Numbered from the whole stretch's first letter, positions 39,244 to 48,997 are shown. The stretch: 63,505 bases of DNA, filler included, from 5 parts of 5 records of this genome joined end to end with filler, not necessarily neighbours in it; one strand, 5' to 3'. The notes: generated by a model not told the origin, from the letters alone. Numbers and translations: made by a program.

Positions 39244-39551
39244 TTGCAGTAAACATAGCATTTCAGGAATAGCAATAGCTTATGAATACTACAATGATCA
39301 TAGTAAACGATTATTTAGAATAATTCTACAAGCAAATACAATACATAAATTGAAGCTTATTGGTTAAATTGGAATTTATTTTAGCTATACATTGAAGAAA
39401 ACTTCTTTCGCAAAAGAAATAAAGCTTTCCGATATGATTGTGCGAAGTAATGGTAAGGAAATTAGAGAAATATGAAAATAAACGCAGTGATTGTGTAAAA
39501 CGCATAGTGTGTTATACATACGTTAGCGAGCATTATAAAAAACCAAACAAT

Positions 39552-40964
39552 ATGAAATATTTAGCATTAGATGTTGAAACCGCAAACGCAGATTATTCCA
39601 GTATCTGTCAAATAGGAATTGCGGAATTTGAAAACGGAAAAGTGATTAATAAATGGAGTTCTTTAATTAATCCTGAATCATATTTTGACCCGTTTAATAT
39701 TTCTATTCATGGCATAAAAGAATCTGACGTCAAAAACTCTCCGACTTTTGATAAAATCTACGATGAAATTAAAAGTCGACTGGAAGAACAAATTACTGTT
39801 CATCACATGCCATTCGATAGAGTTGCATTAAACAGAGTTTGTGAAGAATATCAATTAGCTCCAATAAGAACAAAATGGCTTGACTCAGCTAAAATAACAA
39901 GACGAACCTGGGAACAATTTGCCTACAAAGGATACGGACTAAAAAACATTGCAGACTTCTTAAATATAAAGTTCGAACACCACAATGCACTTCAAGATGC
40001 TATTGCAGCAGGTTTAGTTGTAGCAAATGCATGTTCAATTAAAGAAATGTCGATTGAAGATTGGTTCCAAAGAATTGGAATGCCTATAAATCAAAGCACT
40101 TCAAAATCGGACTATTCAGCATCAATCAAACAAGAGGGAAATCCAGAAGGTTCTCTTTTCGGCGAAAATATGGTTTTTACAGGAGCGTTATCATTACCAA
40201 GAAAAGAAGCTGCAGGAATTGCAGCTAAAATAGGTTGCAATGTTTTAAACTCTGTGACACAAAAAACAACAATCTTAGTTGTGGGAACGCAAGATTCAAC
40301 AAAATTAGCTGGTTACGAAAAAAGTTCAAAACACAGAAAAACTGAGGAACTTATAGAAAAAGGAAAACTAATTAAAATCTTATCCGAGAAAGATTTTATT
40401 AAAATGTGTAATGATGAAGACAAAAATTTAATTCTTGAAATTCCAATTGTCATTCCAGTTGAAAAAGAAACAAAAAAATCACCCCCAAAAAACCAATCCT
40501 TAACAATTGAGATAAACCTTACAGAAAAAGTCGCAGGGGCTTTTAACAGTTTATCAAATGAGCAGAAAGAACTATTAATTGAAGCGGATAAAAAAGAACA
40601 AGAGTTTTTAGAAAGTATTCCCGATTTTAATCATGACGAAAAAAGAAATTTTGCGAATAACTTTCAAATCCAATTGGAGAAAATTGCAACTGCATACGAA
40701 AATTCTAATATTGAATCGTACGAAGATGATGACTTAGAAATACTCTTTACAATAGAATCTGAAATTGACCAATTAACGGAATTGAACTTCGAATTAATGA
40801 AAAACAAAATCACGGTCAGTGAATTTTACGAGCAACTTGATAGTTCAGTAGATTTTATTGAATCTGATTTGGAAGAGGATGATTATCCGAAAAAGGTGAA
40901 AGAGTTTACAAAAACAATACTAAAAGAATTAGATAAAGTAAAAGAACAAATAACGACTCGCTAA
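39552..40964 (+). CDS. DEDDh (DnaQ-like) exonuclease with BRCT domain and acidic C-terminal extension
   Basis: ALDVETAN, HHNALQDA; BRCT VFTGAL...SVTQKTTILVVG; start moved to ATG 39552. Confidence 0.88.
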   Translation: MKYLALDVETANADYSSICQIGIAEFENGKVINKWSSLINPESYFDPFNISIHGIKESDVKNSPTFDKIYDEIKSRLEEQITVHHMPFDRVALNRVCEEYQLAPIRTKWLDSAKITRRTWEQFAYKGYGLKNIADFLNIKFEHHNALQDAIAAGLVVANACSIKEMSIEDWFQRIGMPINQSTSKSDYSASIKQEGNPEGSLFGENMVFTGALSLPRKEAAGIAAKIGCNVLNSVTQKTTILVVGTQDSTKLAGYEKSSKHRKTEELIEKGKLIKILSEKDFIKMCNDEDKNLILEIPIVIPVEKETKKSPPKNQSLTIEINLTEKVAGAFNSLSNEQKELLIEADKKEQEFLESIPDFNHDEKRNFANNFQIQLEKIATAYENSNIESYEDDDLEILFTIESEIDQLTELNFELMKNKITVSEFYEQLDSSVDFIESDLEEDDYPKKVKEFTKTILKELDKVKEQITTR

Positions 40965-41058
40965 CCCCTTGCTACCGCACGAATCCTTTCGTGTGGCATT
41001 GTTACAGTGTAGCATACTGTAAGCTTATAAACAGTTAAATAGATATTTTTCCAAAATA

Positions 41059-41682
41059 ATGACAGGATATATTTCTGAAAGTTTTAGATACTACGAAATT
41101 GCTAAGAATACTTTAGCTGATTTTAAGGATAATAAAAATGCTTTTACGTGTTTGGTATTTTCGGCTATGTATATAGAAGGTGTGATTAATGATTTAATAT
41201 TCTCTGAAAAACTGAATGATAGAGTCTTGAAAAAATATCGAAGTAAAAAGTCTGATAATCATTATGATTTTGATTTGTATCATGACAAGATATCATTTGA
41301 TTCTAAACTGACTGCCATTTTTGAGAAATACTCATTTGAAGTTCTTGAAACGGATAAAAACTATATAGAACTAAAACATCTAATCTCTATTAGAAATTCA
41401 TTGGTTCATTTGAAACCATTGGAGCAAGATTCTGAAGGAAAATCCTTAATAAGAATATCAAGAAAAGCATTAAATTATCTAAATAAAAATCTAAAAATAA
41501 TACCATCACCATTTGATAGAGGTGTTTATTGGACAGATACTTTGATGAATAGAGAAGTTGCTGAATGGTCAGTAACAGTAGCGGAACAGTCTGTTAAGTA
41601 CCTTTATGATTTAACATTTGAACCTCCTTTTGGTAATCATCAGTTGAATTTCCACTTAAGAAGATTAGGAGTAGAAATATAA
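41059..41682 (+). CDS. Hypothetical protein, candidate HEPN domain
   Basis: Helical; Rx4H motif RNSLVH. Confidence 0.55.
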   Translation: MTGYISESFRYYEIAKNTLADFKDNKNAFTCLVFSAMYIEGVINDLIFSEKLNDRVLKKYRSKKSDNHYDFDLYHDKISFDSKLTAIFEKYSFEVLETDKNYIELKHLISIRNSLVHLKPLEQDSEGKSLIRISRKALNYLNKNLKIIPSPFDRGVYWTDTLMNREVAEWSVTVAEQSVKYLYDLTFEPPFGNHQLNFHLRRLGVEI

Positions 41683-41683
41683 A

Positions 41684-41782
41684 CCCCTGATGGCGCGATT
41701 GTTTCACTCGTGTCCTGCTATGCAGAGGAATTGATGTTTTGCATTGGACAAACACCGAGTTGCAAACTCAAACCAGCTAGGG
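41684..41782. repeat. Degenerate inverted REP pair (REPIN-like)
   Basis: CCCTGATGGCGCGATTGTTTCACTCGTGTCC ... CACCGAGTTGCAAACTCAAACCAGCTAGGG. Confidence 0.5.
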
Positions 41783-41856
41783 TTGATCATCAGTTGGACA
41801 ACACGGTAAAAACTGAATAAGTATTACAAAATGAAAGGGAAGGAGCTGTTGGAATT

Positions 41857-41920
41857 TGTTATATGCTAAGCATGTTTAGCTCTCTTTTTAAGGAGATAGC
41901 AAAAAGTTCCCAGATAGTGC
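41857..41920 (+). repeat. Direct repeat copy 1 (~64 bp)
   Basis: TGTTATATGCTAAGCATGTTTAGCTCTCTTTTTAAGGAGATAGCAAAAAGTTCCCAGATAGTGC; matches 43556-43638. Confidence 0.9.
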
Positions 41921-42077
41921 TAGTTACTGCCCAAAGCAAGATTGGAAGAAATGAATAAAAATTAAATAACCAGTACACAATGAAACGAACATGAATTTTA
42001 GCATTCTAAAATACAAACACGAGAATGATTGAATTCATGGAGAGTTCTATCTCGCCAAAAATATAAAACTTAAACAG

Positions 42078-43517
42078 ATGAAAGAGAAGATATTGTTAGC
42101 ATTTATTGGAGTTGTTTTATCATTTACAGCCATAAGAGCGCAAAGCAATGTTGATTTGTATAGTAAAGACATTAAGGCTAAAAATTTGAAAGAGCATGTC
42201 TACATTTTAGCTTCGGATTCGTGTGTAGGTCGGGATGTTGGAACTTTGGGAATTAAAATTGCTCGCGACTATATTGTTTCTCAGTGGGAAGAGAATACCA
42301 TGCTTCAAACTTATTTCGAAAAGTCTTGCTTACAAGCTTTCCCCTTAGTCACTATAGAAAAGAGAATGCCCCATTTGCATACCAGGGAGACTGAGCTCTT
42401 CGCTGATAAAGATTTTGAGTACTCAGGTTTGTTTGATGATTTTAACAAAGAACTACTACTTGTATTTGCCGGATATGGAAGAGATGAAGACTTTAAAAAT
42501 CTTGATGTGAAAGGAAAGGCGGTATTGACTTTGAATGATAATCTGCGAACAGGAATTAGAAATGCTAAGACTGCCGAAAAATATGGTGCCGAACTTACAA
42601 TAGTGGCTAATCCTAAAAGCAGCAATCAATTTGAAAGCATTGTCTTGCAATTCGAAGATTTTAAAAAATTTAAGAAATACAGATTGCCCAATGTTGTTGG
42701 AACGGGAGATCTTTTGAAAGGCTTGCCAAATTATAGGTATATGAGCATTAGCTCTAAAAGTGTAAAGAAATTAACAGGCAAGAATATACAGCATTGGAAA
42801 AATGAATCGGTTACTGGAAATGAGCCTATAGGAGAAATAAAGTTTGCGGTTGAACCAATTAAAGTAGATACCATTATTGAAAACAATGTTGTTGCCTATA
42901 TTCCTGGAACAAATGCAAATGAATCGATTGTTATTGGAGCTCACTACGATCATTTGGGCAGCGTAGATGGTAAAATATACCATGGTGCCGATGATAATGC
43001 TTCGGGAGTATCAGCATTAATTGAACTTTCCAAAGCATTCGCGAAAGCGTATGGAGATGGATACAAACCTGAAAAGAACATCATATTTGTTGCTTTCTCA
43101 GCAGAAGAAGGTGGCTTATGGGGTTCTGAGTATTTTGTTGATCAGCTTGAAAATAAGGAGGAGGTGAAGCTCATGATCAATATAGATATGATCGGACGTG
43201 CAGATTATCATCATGAGAACGATCCGGGCTACTTCTATTTTATTGGTAAACATTTGGCAGACTCTCTTTATACTCAAGAGAAGCAGCTTTGCAAAAAGTA
43301 CAAGCTAACTTCTAATTATTCAGCAATTACAGATTATTCGGATAATAAATCATTTTCGGAAGTAGGAATACCTAGTATCTTCTTCTTCGATGGTAAAAAC
43401 CATGACTTGCATAAGCCAACGGATACCCCTAATAAGGTTAATTACAAAAGGATGGAGAAAATAAGTAGAATGATTTTTGAATGCATTTGGAGAAATGCAG
43501 TGGTTTGTAAAAATTAA
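42078..43517 (+). CDS. M28 family peptidase with PA domain
   Basis: Signal peptide; GAHYDHLG, GADDNASG, AEEGGLWGS, NIDMIG, H..TD. Confidence 0.93.
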   Translation: MKEKILLAFIGVVLSFTAIRAQSNVDLYSKDIKAKNLKEHVYILASDSCVGRDVGTLGIKIARDYIVSQWEENTMLQTYFEKSCLQAFPLVTIEKRMPHLHTRETELFADKDFEYSGLFDDFNKELLLVFAGYGRDEDFKNLDVKGKAVLTLNDNLRTGIRNAKTAEKYGAELTIVANPKSSNQFESIVLQFEDFKKFKKYRLPNVVGTGDLLKGLPNYRYMSISSKSVKKLTGKNIQHWKNESVTGNEPIGEIKFAVEPIKVDTIIENNVVAYIPGTNANESIVIGAHYDHLGSVDGKIYHGADDNASGVSALIELSKAFAKAYGDGYKPEKNIIFVAFSAEEGGLWGSEYFVDQLENKEEVKLMINIDMIGRADYHHENDPGYFYFIGKHLADSLYTQEKQLCKKYKLTSNYSAITDYSDNKSFSEVGIPSIFFFDGKNHDLHKPTDTPNKVNYKRMEKISRMIFECIWRNAVVCKN

Positions 43518-43555
43518 TGAATTGCTCTAAAGCTAGCGCGAGCTTTTAGCTTGTA

Positions 43556-43638
43556 TGTTATATGCTAAGCATCTCTAAGATGCTAAGCATGTTAAGCTCT
43601 CTTTTTAAGGATTTAGCAAAAAGTTCCACAGATAGTGC
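43556..43638 (+). repeat. Direct repeat copy 2 with internal ATGCTAAGCAT duplication
   Basis: Near-identical to 41857-41920 apart from an 18-bp insertion. Confidence 0.9.
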
Positions 43639-43694
43639 AGTAGCGAGGGAAATGCAAAAGATATCATTTGCACCAAATATTTTAAATTGAAAGC

Positions 43695-44060
43695 ATGAGA
43701 ATTACATTACAGCTCCTACTCATATTGGTCCTAAGTTCACTCTTCTCTTGTCAGAATAAGATAAGTCAGGAAAAAGAAACAGGACCAAAGCCAAAGCAAA
43801 TTGACTTTCAGCTTGACAAGTATGAGGGGATGATTGATGAAAATGTTGCTCAGTATAAAAACCAATCGAGGGTTAAATCGAATCCACTGATTGTATTGGA
43901 TGGTAAACCGTATCGATATCATGATTTGAAGCAAGAAAAGATCCTTAAAGTTTATGCAGATACGATAATAAGCATTAGCTCTTTGCCATGGAGTACAGGG
44001 AAAACTTTGTATGGTACCCGTGCCGAAGATGGGGTGATTATTATATCGACCACCAGATAA
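43695..44060 (+). CDS. Lipoprotein with TonB-receptor plug-like domain
   Basis: Lipobox FSC; PLIVLDG...YGTRAEDGVIIIST. Confidence 0.7.
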   Translation: MRITLQLLLILVLSSLFSCQNKISQEKETGPKPKQIDFQLDKYEGMIDENVAQYKNQSRVKSNPLIVLDGKPYRYHDLKQEKILKVYADTIISISSLPWSTGKTLYGTRAEDGVIIISTTR

Positions 44061-44346
44061 AATGGTCTTGTAAGCATCCCAGCCACCGTACTAATCCTCC
44101 CGTGTGGTAGGGTGAAAACAAAGTTCGATTCAATCCATCCTTTCATGTAGTTTACAGCAAGTACTGAGAATTAGATGTTACGTTTTACAAGTGTAAAACT
44201 TATTTATAGTGAATCTAATTGTTAATAGGATACATAAATTAATACTGATTGGTTAAATTGTACAACTGATTGAATTGTTTCATGTTCGTCTGATCTGTGA
44301 AATTATTGAACACTAGAAATGAAGTCTCATCTTATAAAATAGAACT

Positions 44347-44949
44347 ATGATAGTTTATGGTAGTAGAGCTGTACACCTAAAATCTGCTCTTTTAAACACA
44401 GTAACATGTGAAAGCTGTGGCACTAAGGGATCAATATTGTTAAGTTTATATAGAAAACATGCTCATATTTTTTGGATTCCATTGTTTCCATTTGGAAAAA
44501 CGGGTGTTTCACAATGTCAGCATTGTAAAAGTGCTTTCGAGAAAAAAGAGATGCCTGAGCCAATCGAAAGAGAATACAATAGGTTAAAAGGCGAAACCAG
44601 GGGACCAATTTGGCAGTTTGCGGGTATCGCATTAATTGCTCTGCTTATTCTTTGGGGCAATTATGCTAGCGGACAATCTGATAAACGCAATCAGGAGTAC
44701 ATTGATTCACCAACAAAAGGCGATATTTATAAATACACGATGGAATCAGGATCGTATTCTACACTAAAAGTAACGGAAGTTTCTAAAGATAGTGTCTTTG
44801 TTTGTCCAAATGAATATGCAATAGGAAAGGTATCTAAGATTTACAAAATTGATAAAAGCGAGAACTATTCGAAAATGTCTTATGGAATTTCAAAAGATAG
44901 AATAAAAGAGATGTTCGAAACCGGGGATATTCTTGGAGTGAAAAGATAA
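44347..44949 (+). CDS. Zinc-ribbon domain membrane protein
   Basis: CESC...HIFWIPLFP...CQHC plus one TM. Confidence 0.8.
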   Translation: MIVYGSRAVHLKSALLNTVTCESCGTKGSILLSLYRKHAHIFWIPLFPFGKTGVSQCQHCKSAFEKKEMPEPIEREYNRLKGETRGPIWQFAGIALIALLILWGNYASGQSDKRNQEYIDSPTKGDIYKYTMESGSYSTLKVTEVSKDSVFVCPNEYAIGKVSKIYKIDKSENYSKMSYGISKDRIKEMFETGDILGVKR

Positions 44950-45004
44950 GGAAATGTTTAACTGAGATGAATAACTTATTTTTGAATAATCTACAATATA
45001 TATA

Positions 45005-45442
45005 ATGAGTGATATACTAATCAATAATAAGTTTATTGAAATTGAGGTACTTGGATTAGGGAAGAAAAGGTGGCGCAAGGATACTTGTTATTTGATATTA
45101 GCTGATAAAACGAAAAATAACCTGAGAATGAATGTTGTTATTGGACGTTGCGATGCCCAAAATATAGCAATTGAACTTGAAGGGTTAAAACCTCAGCTTC
45201 CATTATCACATGATTTGATGAAGAATATTGTGGAACAATTGAATGCTAAATTAGAATGTGTTAAAATCGACAAAGTAATTGAGGGAGTATTTTACGCGAT
45301 CATTTCGATAAAAAATCAGAATGGAGAGTTATTGGAGCTAGAATCTCGACTTGTAGATGCAATAGCATTGGCAATAAGGTGTAAATCCAGAATATTGCTT
45401 AGAGAAGAAATTATGAAGGAATATTCGGTTGTTATGCAATAG
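45005..45442 (+). CDS. Bifunctional nuclease (DUF151) family
   Basis: IG..DAQNIA, PLSHDL, GVFYA, SR.VDAIALA. Confidence 0.8.
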   Translation: MSDILINNKFIEIEVLGLGKKRWRKDTCYLILADKTKNNLRMNVVIGRCDAQNIAIELEGLKPQLPLSHDLMKNIVEQLNAKLECVKIDKVIEGVFYAIISIKNQNGELLELESRLVDAIALAIRCKSRILLREEIMKEYSVVMQ

Positions 45443-45539
45443 ATTAGAATATTGCTTTTACAAGCATGTTTATAATTGTATTGCTTTTTGGAGATTATAT
45501 ATTTAGCGTAGTCGAATAGTAAAATGAAGTAAATAGAGA

Positions 45540-46061
45540 ATGCTTAAAACAAAACACTGTGAATTGTGCGATCATCAGGAAACAAGTTTAAAGGAAGGAA
45601 CGACTTGTGGATTGACAACTGGAAAACCGGATTTTGATACGACCTGTTCGAATATCAAGCTGAAAGATAAGTTTACAGATAAACTAAAAGTAGCAAACAT
45701 TGAGTTTGAGAAAATCAGGCGTACAAAAATAGTAACTTACATCTACTTTGTAGTGTATTTGTTACTGGGATTAGCGGTGATTGCTGGTGCCTATTTATTG
45801 TTTACATATGCTTTAAACAAGGGTGTGGTAATGACAGTTCCAATAGTAATAATGGGAGTCGGACTTACTCTTTCGGGAATGGGAGTGGGTACTTTAATCA
45901 AGTTTACCCAAAATATAAAATATGCCAATAGAAAGAAGGCAAGCATAGATGGAGTATTGAACCTATACAAAATAGACTATGATATTGAAATGAAATTTGG
46001 AAGAGAATATCATGGAACCCAGGAGGTGGATGCCAATGTAAAGTTTAGAAAAATTCGCTAG
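45540..46061 (+). CDS. Hypothetical membrane protein
   Basis: N-terminal CxxC..C..C and two TM helices. Confidence 0.7.
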   Translation: MLKTKHCELCDHQETSLKEGTTCGLTTGKPDFDTTCSNIKLKDKFTDKLKVANIEFEKIRRTKIVTYIYFVVYLLLGLAVIAGAYLLFTYALNKGVVMTVPIVIMGVGLTLSGMGVGTLIKFTQNIKYANRKKASIDGVLNLYKIDYDIEMKFGREYHGTQEVDANVKFRKIR

Positions 46062-46112
46062 AGAAAATCAGTTATTGAAAAACAGATAGCATAAACCTGC
46101 ATGCCATTTTAA

Positions 46113-46682
46113 ATGAAGGAAATGAAAAAAGATAAAACGAAAAAGGGAGTTAGCAAAGGAAGGAAAAAGAGAAAAAGCCAGTTCATGCGCTCCACTGTCT
46201 TATTGGTAATTGCCCTTGCAGCCATAGTATGGTTTAGTCTGCCTTATTTGCAGCATCAAACGAAGGAGCAAAGCAATCGTAAAACAGAAATCCCATTTAA
46301 AAAAGAAGGTCAGCTTTCTTTCATTGATCGGCAAAATGAGGAGCCAATTACAAAGATAGACATTGAAATTGCAGAGACCGATTACGAGACAACATTAGGA
46401 TTGATGTATCGCCACAAGATGGATGAGGATCAGGGAATGTTGTTTGTATTCGAACAGGAAGAGTTCAAGTCTTTTTGGATGAAAGAGACGTATATTACAT
46501 TGGATATTGTGTATGTGAACAGTGCATTCGAAATTGTAAAGATTCACCAATACGCCCAGCCATTATCCGAAGAATCTCTTCCTTCGATTAAAAAGGCAAA
46601 ATACGTAGTTGAGGTAGTGGGAGGCTTTTGCGATAAACACAATGTGAAAGAGGGTGATTTTATTGCCTATGAAAGAGAATAG
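46113..46682 (+). CDS. DUF192 domain protein
   Basis: EIAET....GLMYR...GMLFVF...FWMKET..LDI...YVVEV. Confidence 0.92.
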   Translation: MKEMKKDKTKKGVSKGRKKRKSQFMRSTVLLVIALAAIVWFSLPYLQHQTKEQSNRKTEIPFKKEGQLSFIDRQNEEPITKIDIEIAETDYETTLGLMYRHKMDEDQGMLFVFEQEEFKSFWMKETYITLDIVYVNSAFEIVKIHQYAQPLSEESLPSIKKAKYVVEVVGGFCDKHNVKEGDFIAYERE

Positions 46683-46738
46683 CGCATAGTAGATTTTAGG
46701 TGCAGTTGAGAGATATGGAAACGAATAAATAAGCATTT

Positions 46739-47281
46739 ATGGAATTGGAATCAGAAAGGTTAATATTCAAAGAAATTACAATTGAAGATGTGGAGCTTAT
46801 TCATCAACTTCATTCAGCACCTGAAGTTGACAGGTTTGGTACACTTGGAATTCCGAAAGATATTGGTGTGACAAAGGAAAGAATTCATTCAATAATGAAT
46901 GCACGGTATGAAAAGGATAGAAAATCATACAATTGGAAAATTGAGACGAAAAATACGAATGAATTTATTGGATTAGCTGGAATATCATTATCAATGGATA
47001 AGTTTCGGCTTGGTGAGATTTATTATGAATTGGATCCTCATTATTGGGGGAGTGGATATGGAACAGAAATATCAAAAGAATTGATAAGAACAGGTTTCGA
47101 TAATTTTCAACTTCATAAGGTGGAAGCAGGAGTTGCTACAGAAAATATTCAATCCATTCGAATATTGGAAAAATGTGGAATGACAAGGGAAGGACTGAGA
47201 AGAAAAATTCTTCCAATTAGAGGAGAATGGAAAGACAATTATCATTATGCAATTGTAGAAGATGATCCAAGGGAATATTAG
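46739..47281 (+). CDS. GNAT acetyltransferase (RimJ/RimL-like)
   Basis: LESERL, YWGSGYGTE, N..SIRILEKCGM. Confidence 0.9.
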   Translation: MELESERLIFKEITIEDVELIHQLHSAPEVDRFGTLGIPKDIGVTKERIHSIMNARYEKDRKSYNWKIETKNTNEFIGLAGISLSMDKFRLGEIYYELDPHYWGSGYGTEISKELIRTGFDNFQLHKVEAGVATENIQSIRILEKCGMTREGLRRKILPIRGEWKDNYHYAIVEDDPREY

Positions 47282-47324
47282 CCAAAAGGTCTAAGCAATT
47301 AGAAAATGGACTATAAAACGAAAG

Positions 47325-48044
47325 ATGAATAAATATTTCACAATCATATTGACTGTTATAACACTTTGTTCTAGTTCTAAAGCGCAGGAAATAGATTCTC
47401 TATTAATCAATGAAATAGGTGTAGATTCACTATTCAATCTTCAGCTTGAGTTGAAAGCCAGTCAGGGTGAATTATCAGATTGTGATTTTGCAATTCAAAA
47501 TGCGACTAGTGATTTTGAAGATGGGATATATACTTTGCATTCTGATGCTTTCTCGGGATATTGTAGTTATTGTGCAGTATTGAAACAGGATTATAATATT
47601 GATTGGATATTTGTAACAGATATGTTTTCGAATGAATATTACGAGTGCTACGATTCAATAATCTCGAATAGATTTAATGAAAAGTATCGATATGATATTT
47701 TCGAAGTAGCCCGAATAAAAGCAGATAGTTTAGCTAAAACTGATAATTGGATAAAAGATGCAGAATACGAAGGAGGGATACCTGCATTATTAAAATTTAT
47801 GACTACAGGAATAGAAATAGACTCAAGTGAATTATCTGTAGTTAAAACGAGGCTGCTAGTTCAAATTGAGCTTGATTCAAATGGCAAAGTAATGAATCCA
47901 TATGTTATAAAAGGGATCAATAAAGCAATAGACAAACAGGTAATGGATCGAATGAATGAAATGCCTGATTGGAAACCGGCTTACTTATATGGAAAGCCAA
48001 TAAAACAGAGGTATACCTTTCCAATAGATTTAACTTATCAGTAA
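47325..48044 (+). CDS. TonB C-terminal domain protein
   Basis: Signal peptide; MPDWKPA..GKP....FPI. Confidence 0.75.
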   Translation: MNKYFTIILTVITLCSSSKAQEIDSLLINEIGVDSLFNLQLELKASQGELSDCDFAIQNATSDFEDGIYTLHSDAFSGYCSYCAVLKQDYNIDWIFVTDMFSNEYYECYDSIISNRFNEKYRYDIFEVARIKADSLAKTDNWIKDAEYEGGIPALLKFMTTGIEIDSSELSVVKTRLLVQIELDSNGKVMNPYVIKGINKAIDKQVMDRMNEMPDWKPAYLYGKPIKQRYTFPIDLTYQ

Positions 48045-48166
48045 ACACAAATTTAAAACAGAGTTCACATTTAGAAAACAGGTTCTGTTAAAATAAGGAT
48101 GATCTTTACAATGTAGATTTATCGTAGATGCAGATGAATACATTAGTTTAGGTTATTGTTGTTGAT

Positions 48167-48193
48167 AGAGCTCTCCATTGGGAGCTCTTTTTT
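48167..48193 (+). terminator. Intrinsic terminator
   Basis: GAGCTCTCC-ATT-GGGAGCTC followed by a T-run. Confidence 0.75.
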
Positions 48194-48215
48194 ATTAAGT
48201 TTAATCTTCAGATTA

Positions 48216-48273
48216 CTTTGTAAGCAGCTCATGGTTTTGTAGTTTTGCAAACTCAAATGAGTTTATTCTCATT
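48216..48273 (+). promoter_or_regulatory. Bacteroidota promoter (TTTG-N20-TAGTTTTG) plus AATGAG-N6-CTCATT palindrome
   Basis: TTTG 48216-48219; TAGTTTTG 48240-48247; AATGAGTTTATTCTCATT 48256-48273. Confidence 0.7.
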
Positions 48274-48292
48274 AAATAATAAAAAAACAAAT

Positions 48293-48670
48293 ATGAAAAT
48301 AGCAGTACCAGTAACAAGCAGCAGACAAATTGATGGACATTTTGGACATTGTGAATTTTATTGTGTTTATACCATTTCAGAAGCTAAAGAGATAGTAGAA
48401 ACTGAGATTATGGAATCACCGAAAGGATGTGGTTGTAAATCGAATATTGCATCGGTTTTGGCTGAGGCAGGTGTAAAAGTAATGCTTGCTGGTGGTATTG
48501 GCGGAGGTGCAATAAATGTACTCAACAGAAATGGCATTGAGGTAGTTAGAGGTTGTGCAGGAAATGCCGATGAAGTGGTAAATCAATTCATTTCAGGATT
48601 AGTAAAAGATAGTGGTGAAACTTGTCAGCATCATCATGGCGAGGGAGAAGGACATACTTGTAATCATTAA
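48293..48670 (+). CDS. NifB/NifX family protein with His-rich tail
   Basis: HFGHCE, GCGCKS, AGGIG, CQHHHGEGEGHTCNH; start moved to ATG 48293. Confidence 0.9.
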   Translation: MKIAVPVTSSRQIDGHFGHCEFYCVYTISEAKEIVETEIMESPKGCGCKSNIASVLAEAGVKVMLAGGIGGGAINVLNRNGIEVVRGCAGNADEVVNQFISGLVKDSGETCQHHHGEGEGHTCNH

Positions 48671-48695
48671 TTATTCTTGTTCAAGCCACAAGGCT

Positions 48696-48744
48696 TTTAC
48701 TTTTTTCCTTAGAAGAGAAAAGTAAACAAAAGAATCAAGTCAGC
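48696..48744. repeat. Palindromic repeat at contig end
   Basis: TTTACTTTTTTC...AGAAAAAGTAAA followed by CAAAAGAATCAAG; truncated by the contig end. Confidence 0.45.
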
Positions 48745-48844
48745 NNNNNNNNNNNNNNNNNNNNNNNNNNNNNNNNNNNNNNNNNNNNTTAATTAATTAA
48801 NNNNNNNNNNNNNNNNNNNNNNNNNNNNNNNNNNNNNNNNNNNN
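48745..48844. other. Artificial contig linker
   Basis: N-run + TTAATTAATTAA + N-run. Confidence 0.99.
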
Positions 48845-48890
48845 TGTATCAAAAAGAAACTAAAATTTATATACAAAAATAAATATCTCA

Positions 48891-48937
48891 AAAAAATAAA
48901 AAAACGATGAAAGTCATTTGTCTTTTCATCGTTTTCT
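48891..48937 (-). terminator. Intrinsic terminator
   Basis: AAAACGATGAAA...TTTCATCGTTTT stem with a T-run on the minus strand. Confidence 0.7.
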
Positions 48938-48997
48938 TATTTCATTAAATAGATGTCATATCTCAACATACTAGTCATTTAGTTTTTAGCCACCTCC

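Noticed and set aside
39438-39551. N-terminal extension of the exonuclease ORF
   Set aside because: It overlaps the attC-like flank; the DEDDh domain begins at ATG 39552
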